From assembly GCA_030044595.1 (NCBI GenBank), contig JASHVM010000052.1, forward strand, positions 1 through 37,951: a DNA stretch of 37,951 nucleotides, read 5' to 3'. The stretch comes from Streptosporangiaceae bacterium. GTDB taxonomy: Bacteria; Actinomycetota; Actinomycetes; Streptosporangiales; Streptosporangiaceae. Positions within the stretch are counted from its first letter, which is position 1. Each line of letters opens with the position of its first letter. The position numbers were made by a program, and so were the translations under genes. Positions 24,501 through 32,458 of the stretch are shown in pieces. Under the pieces are notes generated by a model that saw only the letters and a program-made list of their open reading frames with translations, ran no database searches and was not told where the DNA came from.

Positions 24501-27142
24501 ACGCCCACGGCGGACACGACTACCAGGTGATCGCGACCGTCGCCGAGGGTAGCGAAAGCGCCGCCGAGACCGACCTGCCTCAGCTGGTCGACGCGCTCCC
24601 GCCCGGCCGGACCGCGCTCATCGATCTCTACGTAACCTCCCACACGCCCGAAGACAAAGCCGACCCGGACGCCAGGGCGGACCGGATCCGCGGCAAGCTC
24701 GGCACCGTCCCGCCCGCGGTCGGGCGGGTCGCGGTGGCGGTGCGCAGGCCAGACGGCGCAGAAGGTGACGGGCCGACCTGGTTTACCTTCGGCCGGGGCC
24801 CGGACGGGGTGCTGGCGGAAGATCGCACTCTGCGCGGCCTGCACCCGCTGGTAGCCGAACGGCTCGGCGTGTGGCGGTTGTCAGGGTTCGAGCTGACCCG
24901 GCTGCCCTCGGCCCCGGACGTGCACCTGTTCCGAATCCAGGGCCATAAGGTACCGGGTGATCAGCGGCTCATCGCGCTTGCCGACGTGCGCGACCTGACC
25001 ATCGTGCGCGACCAGGACGGACAGATCCGCGGCCTGCCGCAGATCGAGCAGATCCTCGACGCCTGCCTGGACAGCCTGCGTTCGGTCCGCTCCGCCGACC
25101 GCGAGCTGGCCAAGCTGGACTGGAACCGCATCCAGGTTTACGTCTGGCCGGCCGTCGACGCGCCGCTCGCCGAATTCAACCAGGTCATCAGGTCACTCGC
25201 GGCGCGCACCGGAGCGCTGGGCCTGGAGGAGGTGCTGGTCCAGTTCCGTGCCGCCGAACGCGGCGGCGAATCCCGCGAGCTGATGCTGCGGATGTCCCGC
25301 CCGCCGGGCGCCGGGCTGACGGTGCGCATCACCGATCCGCCGCCGCAGCCGTTGCGCGAGCTGAACTCCTATACGCAGAACGTGATCCGGGCCCGCCGCC
25401 GGCGTGCCGTCTACCCCTATGAGCTCGTCCCGATGATCACCCGCTCGCCGGACCGGGACGGCACGGCCGGCGTATTCACCGAATACGACCTCGACGACGC
25501 TGGCGCGGCGGTCCCGGTGGACCGCGCTCCAGGGTCGAACAGCGCGAACCTGGTACTGGGCGTGGTGAGCACGCCGACCAGGCGCTACCCGGAGGGGATG
25601 CGCCGGGTGGTCCTGCTAGGCGACCCGACCCGCGCGCTGGGCGCGCTCGCCGAACCGGAGTGCCGGCGGGTGCTCGCGGCGATCGACCTGGCGCGGCGCC
25701 TGCACGCCCCGGTGGAGTGGTTCGCCATCTCGGCGGGGGCGAAGATCGCCATGGACTCCGGCACCGAGACCATGGACTGGATCTCCCGGGTACTGCGCGG
25801 CATCGTCGAATTTACCCAGGACGGCGGCGAGATCAACGTCGTGGTCACCGGGATCAACGTCGGCGCGCAGCCGTACTGGAACGCCGAGGCCACCATGCTC
25901 ATGCACACCAAGGGCGTCTTGATCATGACCCCGGACTCGGCCATGGTGCTGACCGGGAAACAGTCGCTCGACTACTCCGGCGGAGTGTCGGCCGAGGACA
26001 ACTTCGGCATTGGCGGCTATGACCGGATCATGGGCCCGAACGGCGAGGCTCAGTACTGGGCGCCGGACATATCCGCCGCCGTCGACGTGCTGCTGGCGCA
26101 CTACGAGCACGTGTACGTCGCCGCGGGCGAACGCTTTCCCCGGCCGGCCCCGACGGCCGATCCCGCCGACCGGGATATTACCGGCTCGCCGCACGCCGCA
26201 CCGGGCAGCAGCTTCAGCGAGCTCGGCGAGATCTTCGATCCCGCTACGAACCCGGAGCGCAAGCAGCCCTTCGACGTGCGCTCGCTGCTGCGCGGCGTGA
26301 TCGATGCCGACCACCCGCCCCTCGAGCGCTGGGCCGACATGCAGGATGCCGCCTCGGTCGTGATACTCGACGCGCACCTGGGCGGGCAGCCGGTCGCCTT
26401 GATCGGGTTCGAATCGCGGCCGTTGCCGCGGCACGGACCCCATCCCGTGGACGGCCCGTCGCAGTGGACGGCCGGCACGCTGTTTCCCCGCTCGTCCAAG
26501 AAGACGGCGCGCGCGATCAACGCCGCCAGCGGGAACCGGCCGCTGGTGATCCTGGCCAACTTGTCGGGATTCGACGGCTCACCGGAGTCGCTGCGCCAAC
26601 TCCAACTGGAATACGGCGCGGAGATCGGCCGCGCGGTGGTCAACTTCGACGGCCCGATCGTGTTCTGCGTGGTTTCCCGTTACCACGGCGGCGCGTTCGT
26701 GGTGTTCTCCGGGACGCTCAACGACAACATGGAGGTCGCCGCCGTTGAGGGCTCGTACGCGTCGGTCATCGGCGGCGCGCCCGCCGCCGCAGTCGTGTTC
26801 GCCGCCGACGTCAACAAGCGCACGGCCGCCGATACCCGGGTGGCCGGCCTGCGGACCAGAATCGCCGCGGCCACCGCCGACGGTGACCACGACGAGGAGT
26901 CCCGGCTGCGCACCGAACTGGCGGCGGTCTGGCCTGCGGTGCACTCCGAGATGCTCGGACGGGTCGCCGACGAGTTCGACGACCTGCACAGCATTGAACG
27001 GGCTCGCAGCGTGGGCTCGGTCGACACCATCGTTCCTGCCGCGGGGCTGCGGCCCTACCTGATCGGGGCCGTACAGCGAGGAATGCGAAAGACGCTCGCG
27101 GCGCCCGTCGGCCTCACACCTCAGTCTGCAAAGCCGGGCTGA
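21533..27142 (+). CDS. Single-chain multidomain biotin-dependent acyl-CoA carboxylase (BC, BT-like, BCCP, central region, CT); eukaryote-type ACC architecture
   Basis: The ATG at 21533 lies 4 nt after the KAS III stop. The BC domain shows RIAVVNRGEPAMRLINA, GYPLMVKATAGGGGRGIRLV and LEVNTRLQVEHPVTE. The BCCP domain has VAIVESMKLET, with the biotinyl-Lys codon at 23429-23431. The CT domain shows VVLLGDP...GINVGAQPYWNAEATM, ANLSGFDGSPESLR and VSRYHGGAFVV. The protein is 1869 aa. Confidence 0.9.
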   Translation: MSQRPAFERIAVVNRGEPAMRLINAVREWNAEGRPALRAIAVYTAADRRATFVREADEAVLIGPDPSSGDDAGFSASPYLDYAELERALRQCRADAVWPGWGFVSEKAEFVELCDRLGITFIGPSAEVMRRLGDKIGAKRLAEQVGVPLAPWSGGPVADLGQARARAESIGYPLMVKATAGGGGRGIRLVRSAEQLDEAFERARSEAAKTAGDATVFLEQAIRGGRHVEVQVIADAEGTVWALGTRDCSVQRRNQKVIEESASAALSDEQEQLLRAHAADLIRAAGYVNAGTVEFLYEPGKRLLSFLEVNTRLQVEHPVTEMTTGVDIVKLQLHIAAGGTLAAIGSAAPPPRGHAIEARLTAEDAERDFAPAPGLIEHLALPAGPGIRVDTGVAPGDVIPPQFDSMIAKVIAWGRDRSEARARLSRALRQTATVIQGGTTNKAFLLDLLDRPEFIRGEVDTTWLDAIMADGYAPPRRVDVALLATAFEAYEAHARRQQDHLFASAERGRPEVGHETWYQVDVRAGGEAYRLRVSRSRPVRYHVELDGRSVEVDVERSGRFELRLSAGGQTFDVLSVAQGPDYLVEVDGAVHRISGGEAGLVRAPAPAMVVAVPVVVGAEVADGDVVAIVESMKLETALRAPIAGRVAEVFADVNTQVESGAKLLRIEQDSDQPAEAEAGARGDLSALAGEGAPAPGDPVLTAADALVALRSLVLGFDVDEQEARRQLRRLATARADLAADDPRLLAGEAKILQIFADLSALWRNRRDAGEAEAEVAVDDEAARNPQEYLHAYLRSRDADVEGLPESFRIRLRRTLAHYGITELAASPGLDPALYRIVLAHRRAAAHAPIVSELLRWRLDHPESLPDEARDDYRRVIDQLVSATQLRHPGVGDLARQVRYRCFDAPLVAAERTRALQQVRAELDRLSPEPEARAAQIDAIVASGEPILGVFAARHHPVMLEVMTRRYYQIRPLRHVRVSERNGRPLLTAEYAHGGHDYQVIATVAEGSESAAETDLPQLVDALPPGRTALIDLYVTSHTPEDKADPDARADRIRGKLGTVPPAVGRVAVAVRRPDGAEGDGPTWFTFGRGPDGVLAEDRTLRGLHPLVAERLGVWRLSGFELTRLPSAPDVHLFRIQGHKVPGDQRLIALADVRDLTIVRDQDGQIRGLPQIEQILDACLDSLRSVRSADRELAKLDWNRIQVYVWPAVDAPLAEFNQVIRSLAARTGALGLEEVLVQFRAAERGGESRELMLRMSRPPGAGLTVRITDPPPQPLRELNSYTQNVIRARRRRAVYPYELVPMITRSPDRDGTAGVFTEYDLDDAGAAVPVDRAPGSNSANLVLGVVSTPTRRYPEGMRRVVLLGDPTRALGALAEPECRRVLAAIDLARRLHAPVEWFAISAGAKIAMDSGTETMDWISRVLRGIVEFTQDGGEINVVVTGINVGAQPYWNAEATMLMHTKGVLIMTPDSAMVLTGKQSLDYSGGVSAEDNFGIGGYDRIMGPNGEAQYWAPDISAAVDVLLAHYEHVYVAAGERFPRPAPTADPADRDITGSPHAAPGSSFSELGEIFDPATNPERKQPFDVRSLLRGVIDADHPPLERWADMQDAASVVILDAHLGGQPVALIGFESRPLPRHGPHPVDGPSQWTAGTLFPRSSKKTARAINAASGNRPLVILANLSGFDGSPESLRQLQLEYGAEIGRAVVNFDGPIVFCVVSRYHGGAFVVFSGTLNDNMEVAAVEGSYASVIGGAPAAAVVFAADVNKRTAADTRVAGLRTRIAAATADGDHDEESRLRTELAAVWPAVHSEMLGRVADEFDDLHSIERARSVGSVDTIVPAAGLRPYLIGAVQRGMRKTLAAPVGLTPQSAKPG

Positions 27143-27376
27143 CGATCAGGGCACGCTGATCAGCCGGCGCAGCAGGACCGGGATACTTACCAGGTCCCCG
27201 CGCGCCGCCGCGACCAGCAGGTCCAAGAGATCTGGCGTGGTCTGCCGGGGCGGTTCGGCGATCTCGATGCGAGCGGCTACGACGGACCCGAGCGATTGGG
27301 TCTCGACCCGGCCCAGGCTGGGTAACGATCCGGGCCTGCGGGCGGGTGGTCGGGCGGGTGGTTCGACGGGTTGCGC

Positions 27377-28207
27377 TCAGCCGGTGGTGCGTCGGCGGTA
27401 GAGGAGGGCGGCGAGGGGGACGCAGATGACCAGGAGCGCGACGGACCACAGCAGCGAGGCGGCTACCGGGTGCTGCATGGGCCAGGCGTGGATGGTCGCC
27501 GAGGGATTGGGGTTGCCCCACAGCTGGCGGGCGGCGGCGGTTACCGCGCTGACTGGGTTCCAGTCGGCGATGACCCGCAGGACGGTGGGCATGTGCTGGG
27601 TGGGGACCAGGCCGTTGGAGACGATGGCCAGCGGGAAGAGGATAACCAGGCCGACGCCCTGTGCTGATTCGGGGCCCTTGCTCACGATGCCGAGGCAGCC
27701 GCAGCCCCAGGATAGGGCGTAGCTGAAGAGCAGGAACAGGGCGAACCCGGCCATGACCGGCGGGATGCTGGCGTCGGGGCGCCAGCCGATGACCAGGCCG
27801 GTGACGGCGACGATGAGCGTGCACAGGGCGGCCGTCGACAGGTCAGCCAGGGATCGTCCGACGAGCACGGCGGCCCGCCACATGGGGAGGGTCCGGAAGC
27901 GGTCGATGACGCCGGTGTTCAGGTCGGTGCTCAGCCCGACCGCGGTGCCCATCGCCGAGGTAGTGAGGTTCAGCGCGAGCAGCCCGGCGATGGCGAAGTC
28001 TTTATAGCTGCCGCCGCCGGGCAGGACGACCCCGGAGCCGAACACGTAGACGAACAGCAGCGTGAACAGTACCGGCTGGATGGTGACGTCGGAGAGCTGC
28101 AGCGGCTCGCGCGCGATGTGCACGAGGTTGCGGCCGGTCAGGACGAGGACATCGGCGAACCGCCGCCCGAGGTGGCGCGGTGGCGCCGGGAGGGTGGCTA
28201 GGGTCAT
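27377..28207 (-). CDS. ABC-2 type transporter permease (DrrB-like)
   Basis: The ATG at 28207 forms an ATGA overlap with the ATPase stop. It gives a 276-aa protein with about six hydrophobic spans. The 432-aa track ORF is an artefactual N-terminal extension through the ATPase gene. Confidence 0.85.
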   Translation of the reverse strand: MTLATLPAPPRHLGRRFADVLVLTGRNLVHIAREPLQLSDVTIQPVLFTLLFVYVFGSGVVLPGGGSYKDFAIAGLLALNLTTSAMGTAVGLSTDLNTGVIDRFRTLPMWRAAVLVGRSLADLSTAALCTLIVAVTGLVIGWRPDASIPPVMAGFALFLLFSYALSWGCGCLGIVSKGPESAQGVGLVILFPLAIVSNGLVPTQHMPTVLRVIADWNPVSAVTAAARQLWGNPNPSATIHAWPMQHPVAASLLWSVALLVICVPLAALLYRRRTTG

Positions 28208-29199
28208 GACCGGGCTACCTCCAGGCCGATTTCGTCGCGGTCCCCCGTGGTCGGCGCCGGCATGTCCGCGGGGCGGCCGGTGAGCGCGAAGAACACGTCG
28301 TCCAGTGAGGGCTGATGAACCTCCACGTCGTCGACGGTGATCCCGGCGGCGTCGAGGGCGCGCACGACCGTGCTGGCCAGCCCGCCGCCGCTGCGCACCG
28401 GCGCCCGCAGCCGGCGCCCGTCCTGGCTCAGCTGCACGGGGCCGGTCACGAACGGCTCCAGGGCGTCCGAAGCGACGGGGCTGGCGTCGGTGAGGGTGAC
28501 CTCGAGCCGGGCTCCCCCGATTTGCGTCTTGAGCTCGGCGGGCGTCCCTTCGGCGATGACGTGACCGTGGTCGATAACCACGATCCGGTCGGCGAGCTCG
28601 TCCGCCTCGTCGAGGTACTGGGTGGTCAGCAGCAGGGTCACGCCGCCCGCGACCAGCCCGCGGATCACGTTCCACATCCGGAGCCTGCTCGCCGGGTCGA
28701 GCCCGGTCGTCGGCTCGTCCAGGAAGAGCACCGGCGGTCGGGTCACCAGGCCGGCGGCGAGGTCGAGGCGCCGGCGCATGCCGCCCGAGTACTCCCTGAG
28801 CATCCGGTCGGCGGCATCGGCGAGATCGAACTGGCCGAGGAGCTCGCCCGCGCGCGCCCGCGCCTGGCGGCGGCGCAGGCCGCTCAGCCGCCCGATCATC
28901 ACCAGGTTCTGGCGGCCGGTCAGGACCTCGTCGACGGTGGCGTGCTGAGCCGTCACGCCGATGTTGCGCTGCACGGCGGCCGCCTCCCGGACCACGTCGT
29001 GGCCGGCGACCCGGGCCCAGCCGGCGTCGGGCCGGGACAAGGTGGTCAGGATGCGCAGCGCGGTGGTCTTGCCCGCGCCGTTCGGCCCGAGCACGCCGAG
29101 GATGGACCCGGCCGGGACCTGCAGGTCGATGCCGGCCAGCGCGACGGTGGGGCCGTACCGCTTGGTCAGCCCTCCGGCTTCGATCATCACAGAACTCAT
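28204..29199 (-). CDS. ABC transporter ATP-binding protein (DrrA-like)
   Basis: It has Walker A GPNGAGKTT, the signature YSGGMRRRL and Walker B VLFLDEPTTGLD. Confidence 0.92.
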   Translation of the reverse strand: MSSVMIEAGGLTKRYGPTVALAGIDLQVPAGSILGVLGPNGAGKTTALRILTTLSRPDAGWARVAGHDVVREAAAVQRNIGVTAQHATVDEVLTGRQNLVMIGRLSGLRRRQARARAGELLGQFDLADAADRMLREYSGGMRRRLDLAAGLVTRPPVLFLDEPTTGLDPASRLRMWNVIRGLVAGGVTLLLTTQYLDEADELADRIVVIDHGHVIAEGTPAELKTQIGGARLEVTLTDASPVASDALEPFVTGPVQLSQDGRRLRAPVRSGGGLASTVVRALDAAGITVDDVEVHQPSLDDVFFALTGRPADMPAPTTGDRDEIGLEVARS

Positions 29200-29210
29200 C
29201 GGCGCCTCTG

Positions 29211-29230
29211 CTTACTTGTCAACTAGTAAG
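29211..29230. promoter_or_regulatory. Putative TetR operator 1: palindrome CTTACTTGTCAACTAGTAAG
   Basis: It is an imperfect 20-bp inverted repeat (CTTACT-N8-AGTAAG) 12 nt upstream of the ABC ATPase start, in the divergent intergenic region. Confidence 0.6.
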
Positions 29231-29262
29231 GGCTCATACAGTCATGTAGGTAACCATTGCTA

Positions 29263-29282
29263 CTTACTGGTTGTCAAGTAAG
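29263..29282. promoter_or_regulatory. Putative TetR operator 2: palindrome CTTACTGGTTGTCAAGTAAG
   Basis: Its reverse complement CTTACTTGACAACCAGTAAG is near-identical to operator 1. It overlaps a -10-like TAAGAT (29279-29284) located 7 nt before the tetR ATG. Confidence 0.6.
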
Positions 29283-29291
29283 ATTGCGGCC

Positions 29292-29960
29292 ATGCCCCGA
29301 CGTTCCGCAGCCGCGGCCGGGCGGACCCTGGCCGACACCGGCAGGCACCCCGACGAAGGCGACACCCGCGAGCGGATCCTCGACGTCGCCCTGGACCTGT
29401 TCATCGAGCAGGGCTACGACAAGACCACCCTGCGCCAGATCGCCGAGCCGCTCGGCTTCACCCAGGCCGCGATCTACTACCACTTCGCCGCCAAAGAGGA
29501 CATCCTGGTCGCGCTGCACCTGCGCCTGCACGAACTGGCCCGGCCCGTTCTCGAGCAGCTGGCCGCGGAAGCAGGGCCGTCAGGATGGGCCGCCGTGCTG
29601 CGCGGGCTCGTCGACACGATGCTGGCCAACCGCAAGCTGTTCATCCTCCACCAGCGTAACCAGACCGCCCTCTCGAGCCTGCACATCAAGGGACACGACG
29701 GCGATCACGATGACATGGGACAGCAGTTCCGCCGGATCCTGGGCAACCCCGCGATCCCCGCCCGCGACCGGGTCCGGCTGAGCTGCGCCCTGGGGGCGCT
29801 GCTGAGCACCCTGATGTCCGTCGGCGAACTCGGCGATCTCGGCCCCGCGACCTACGGTGAGCTCTTCCGCGAGGCCATCACCGACCTGCTCGAGCCACCG
29901 GGCATCCCAGCCGCCGGCCAGGCGCTGCCGGCACGGGAACCCCTCACGCCTCTTCAGTAA
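29292..29960 (+). CDS. TetR family transcriptional regulator
   Basis: The HTH region is [48 protein letters not shown] chose the ATG at 29292. No RBS is visible, and the -10-like hexamer just upstream suggests a leaderless mRNA. Confidence 0.88.
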   Translation: MPRRSAAAAGRTLADTGRHPDEGDTRERILDVALDLFIEQGYDKTTLRQIAEPLGFTQAAIYYHFAAKEDILVALHLRLHELARPVLEQLAAEAGPSGWAAVLRGLVDTMLANRKLFILHQRNQTALSSLHIKGHDGDHDDMGQQFRRILGNPAIPARDRVRLSCALGALLSTLMSVGELGDLGPATYGELFREAITDLLEPPGIPAAGQALPAREPLTPLQ

Positions 29961-30249
29961 CTTCCACAATTGAAGGTCGTTTAGGCGCGCGTTCGTCCCG
30001 GTCTGGAGCGCGGTTACTCCCTGCCGGAACTATCGAATTCTCCGTTCCTTACTGCGGTAGAGCAATAAGGCACGGGGGACGGCGGTAAAAGAATGCGCCT
30101 GGAGTTGCTGGCGCAAGCGAAGTCCGCGCCACGGCACCGCAGCCAGCTCGGCTTACCGCAAAAACTTGCCGCCGGGGCGGTAACCACACGATCGGCCCGC
30201 CGCCGATTGGGAGAAACGGCAACAGGCGTTAGTCGTGCGCCAGGTTAGT

Positions 30250-30411
30250 TCACCAGTGATAGTAAACGTCTGGGACCCTGATAGAAGACGCCAGCACGTG
30301 GGCGCTGGGCGCGGGCGCGGCCGCTACTGATGTCGCCGAACCAGCCACAATTGATCCGACCGCACTGAGCGCGAGGATAGCGGGAACGATGATGGCTCGC
30401 CTGATGCGCAC
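30250..30411 (-). CDS. Small secreted peptide/protein precursor (53 aa), hypothetical
   Basis: GGAGG sits 4 nt upstream of the GTG at 30411. The product is VRIRRAIIVPAILALSAVGSIVAGSATSVAAAPAPSAHVLASSIRVPDVYYHW. It has a basic n-region, a hydrophobic core and an AxA-like cleavage context, leaving a C-terminal part of about 23 aa. Confidence 0.45.
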   Translation of the reverse strand: MRIRRAIIVPAILALSAVGSIVAGSATSVAAAPAPSAHVLASSIRVPDVYYHW

Positions 30412-30706
30412 GATACCTCCAAGGTATCTACGGAGGTCAGCAGCCTGCTGCGTGACCTCACGACCCACCCGCGCATCGGAGTCATGTGGAGTTATTGCCA
30501 GGCTTGGGCCATTCCATGCACGAGGCAAGCCATTATTTGCGCCCGTTGGAGTTCGGCGAGACCGCTGACCGCGGTTACCACGCGGGCCAGGACACCAACG
30601 AGGTCAAAGAGATTCCGGTGATCGCCGGAAACGTACGGTGGGAGGGTCCCACCACCCGAGGCTTTTTGGAACGCGCTCGCCGACCCCGAACGTGAGGCGC
30701 TTGCGG

Positions 30707-31090
30707 CTATTCGACCACGGCCGCTTCCAGCCGCGCTCGCTCGGTTTCGCTGAACGGGACTGGCTGCCGGTGACCAGGGTCCCAGCGGACCGTGACGACG
30801 CGCGCCTCGGCCGCTACCTCCCCCGATGGGGTCAGGATCGTCTCGCGGGTGGTCAGGCTCGTGGTCCCCAGGCGCTCGGCCTCTATCCGCACAGTCACCT
30901 GCTGGTCTGGGTGACGGACCTCCGCCCGCAGGTCCACTTCGAGCCGAGCGACCACATAGCTGGGATCTCCCACGGCCTGGGTGTAAAAAGCGTCCCTGCC
31001 CTCCTCGAGGTAGGTCAGGAAGACGGCGTGGTTGACGTGGCCCTGGGCGTCGGTGTCACGCCACCTCACATGGACAAGGTGCTCGAACAT
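30707..31090 (-). CDS. Acyl-CoA thioesterase, hotdog fold (YbgC/4HBT-like)
   Basis: The sequence VRWRDTDAQGHVNHAVFLTYLEEGRDAF is typical of the 4HBT-type catalytic Asp region. The protein is 127 aa. Confidence 0.85.
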   Translation of the reverse strand: MFEHLVHVRWRDTDAQGHVNHAVFLTYLEEGRDAFYTQAVGDPSYVVARLEVDLRAEVRHPDQQVTVRIEAERLGTTSLTTRETILTPSGEVAAEARVVTVRWDPGHRQPVPFSETERARLEAAVVE

Positions 31091-31138
31091 CGCAGCCTCC
31101 GAAAACTCCTGGGCGGTTCACTACCGTGATGTGGCGGG

Positions 31139-32458
31139 ATGCGTCATGATCCAGCCATGAGGGATCAGACGATCGGTCAGCCGGATGTAGGGTCGCTCGC
31201 GCTGGCCGAACCGACCCAGTACGTACGGTACCGCTGGATCGTCGGTCTCACCCTGGCCAGCCTGGGTATGTGGATGGCGGCCCAGACGCCGCTGCAAGTC
31301 ATGCTCGCGCTTCAGTTGCAGGACATTACGCCGCGACACAAGATCGTCGCACTCGCGGTCGTCACCGGAGTCGGGGCCATCTCCTCGGCCCTGGCCACCC
31401 CGTTCGTGGGCGCGCTGTCCGACCGCACCACGCACGGCGGGCGGGCGGGCCGGTTCAGCGGGCGGCGGCATCGGTGGACGCTCGCCATGGCCGTGCTCGC
31501 CGCGGTCTGCATGGTGCTGCTGGCCAAGGAGGCCACGGTACTCGGCGTGGCCCTGCTGTGGTTCCTGTTCTGCGCCTTCCAGAACGGCGAGTACGCCACG
31601 CTGAGCGCGGCGATCCCCGACCACGTGCCGGTGCGGCAGCGTGCCACGGTGGCCGGCTGGGTGGGCATGCCGATCGCGCTCGGCCTGGTCCTGGGCACCG
31701 TCCTGGTCGTGGACGTCCTCGGCCAGGACCTGGTCACCGGCTACATCACGCTCGCGGTGCTGATGGTGGTGCTGGCGGTGCCGTTCGTGCTGTTCACCCC
31801 CGACTATCCGCTCGCACCGCAGGACCGCCAGCCCTTCTCCTGGCGCCGGGTAGCCTCCTCCTACTGGCTGAGCCCGCGCGAGCACCCCGATTTCGGCTGG
31901 GCCTGGCTGACCCGCTTCCTGACCAGCCTGGCCATAGCCATGGGCACCCTCTACCTGCTCTACTTCCTGCGCGACGCGGTGCACTACTCGCGGCTGTTCC
32001 CCGGCCAGACCGCCGCAGACGGCCTGCTCATCCTGATCCTGATCTACACAGGCTGCGTGGTGGTCACCTCGATCGTCGGCGGGATCATCTCCGACCGCCG
32101 CGGCCGTCGCAAGATGATGGTCACCGTTTCCGGCCTGCTGATGGCGGCGGCCGCGCTGTCGCTGACGTTCTGGGAGACGTGGCCGTCTGCGTTGCTCGCG
32201 GCGGTGCTGTTCGGCATGGGCTACGGCGCCTACATCGCGGTCGATCAGGCGCTGATCACGCAGGTCCTGCCGAAGGCCCACGACCGCGCCAAGGATCTCG
32301 GCATCATCAACATCGCCATCGTCTGCCCGGGCGCCATCGGCGCGCTGATCGCGGCCCCGCTCGTCTCGCTGGCGGGCTACCCGGCCCTGTTCGGGGCGAC
32401 CGCGGTGGTGGCCATCGCCGCTGCGATCGGGGTGTGGCAGATTAAAAGCGTCCGCTGA
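31139..32458 (+). CDS. MFS transporter
   Basis: The 439-aa protein has about 12 hydrophobic segments. MFS-like loop motifs include GALSDRTTHGGRAGRFSGRR and ISDRRGRRKMM. Confidence 0.85.
   Translation: MRHDPAMRDQTIGQPDVGSLALAEPTQYVRYRWIVGLTLASLGMWMAAQTPLQVMLALQLQDITPRHKIVALAVVTGVGAISSALATPFVGALSDRTTHGGRAGRFSGRRHRWTLAMAVLAAVCMVLLAKEATVLGVALLWFLFCAFQNGEYATLSAAIPDHVPVRQRATVAGWVGMPIALGLVLGTVLVVDVLGQDLVTGYITLAVLMVVLAVPFVLFTPDYPLAPQDRQPFSWRRVASSYWLSPREHPDFGWAWLTRFLTSLAIAMGTLYLLYFLRDAVHYSRLFPGQTAADGLLILILIYTGCVVVTSIVGGIISDRRGRRKMMVTVSGLLMAAAALSLTFWETWPSALLAAVLFGMGYGAYIAVDQALITQVLPKAHDRAKDLGIINIAIVCPGAIGALIAAPLVSLAGYPALFGATAVVAIAAAIGVWQIKSVR

Noticed and set aside
26405-26415. tRNA T-loop-like GGGTTCGAATC
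   Set aside because: It lies inside the carboxyltransferase coding frame (LIGFESRPL). It has no flanking acceptor or anticodon arms.
27146-27376. The same reading frame stays open for 77 codons after the permease stop codon (possible read-through or a C-terminal gene remnant)
   Set aside because: It has no start codon with an RBS and no recognisable motif. It contains a simple 12-nt tandem duplicate (CCACCCGCCCGA/CCACCCGCCCGC on the minus strand). Open frames of this length arise by chance at this GC content.
28208-28675. N-terminal 156-codon extension of the permease ORF (track ORF 27377..28675)
   Set aside because: The extension overlaps the ABC ATPase gene and is Arg/Pro/Gly-rich. An ATG at 28207 in an ATGA overlap with the ATPase stop gives a normal-sized ABC-2 permease.
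30090-30233. 47-codon + strand ORF (MRLELLAQAKSAPRHRS...) in the tetR-downstream gap
   Set aside because: It has only a weak, badly spaced purine patch upstream, Arg/Ala-rich composition and no supporting signal.
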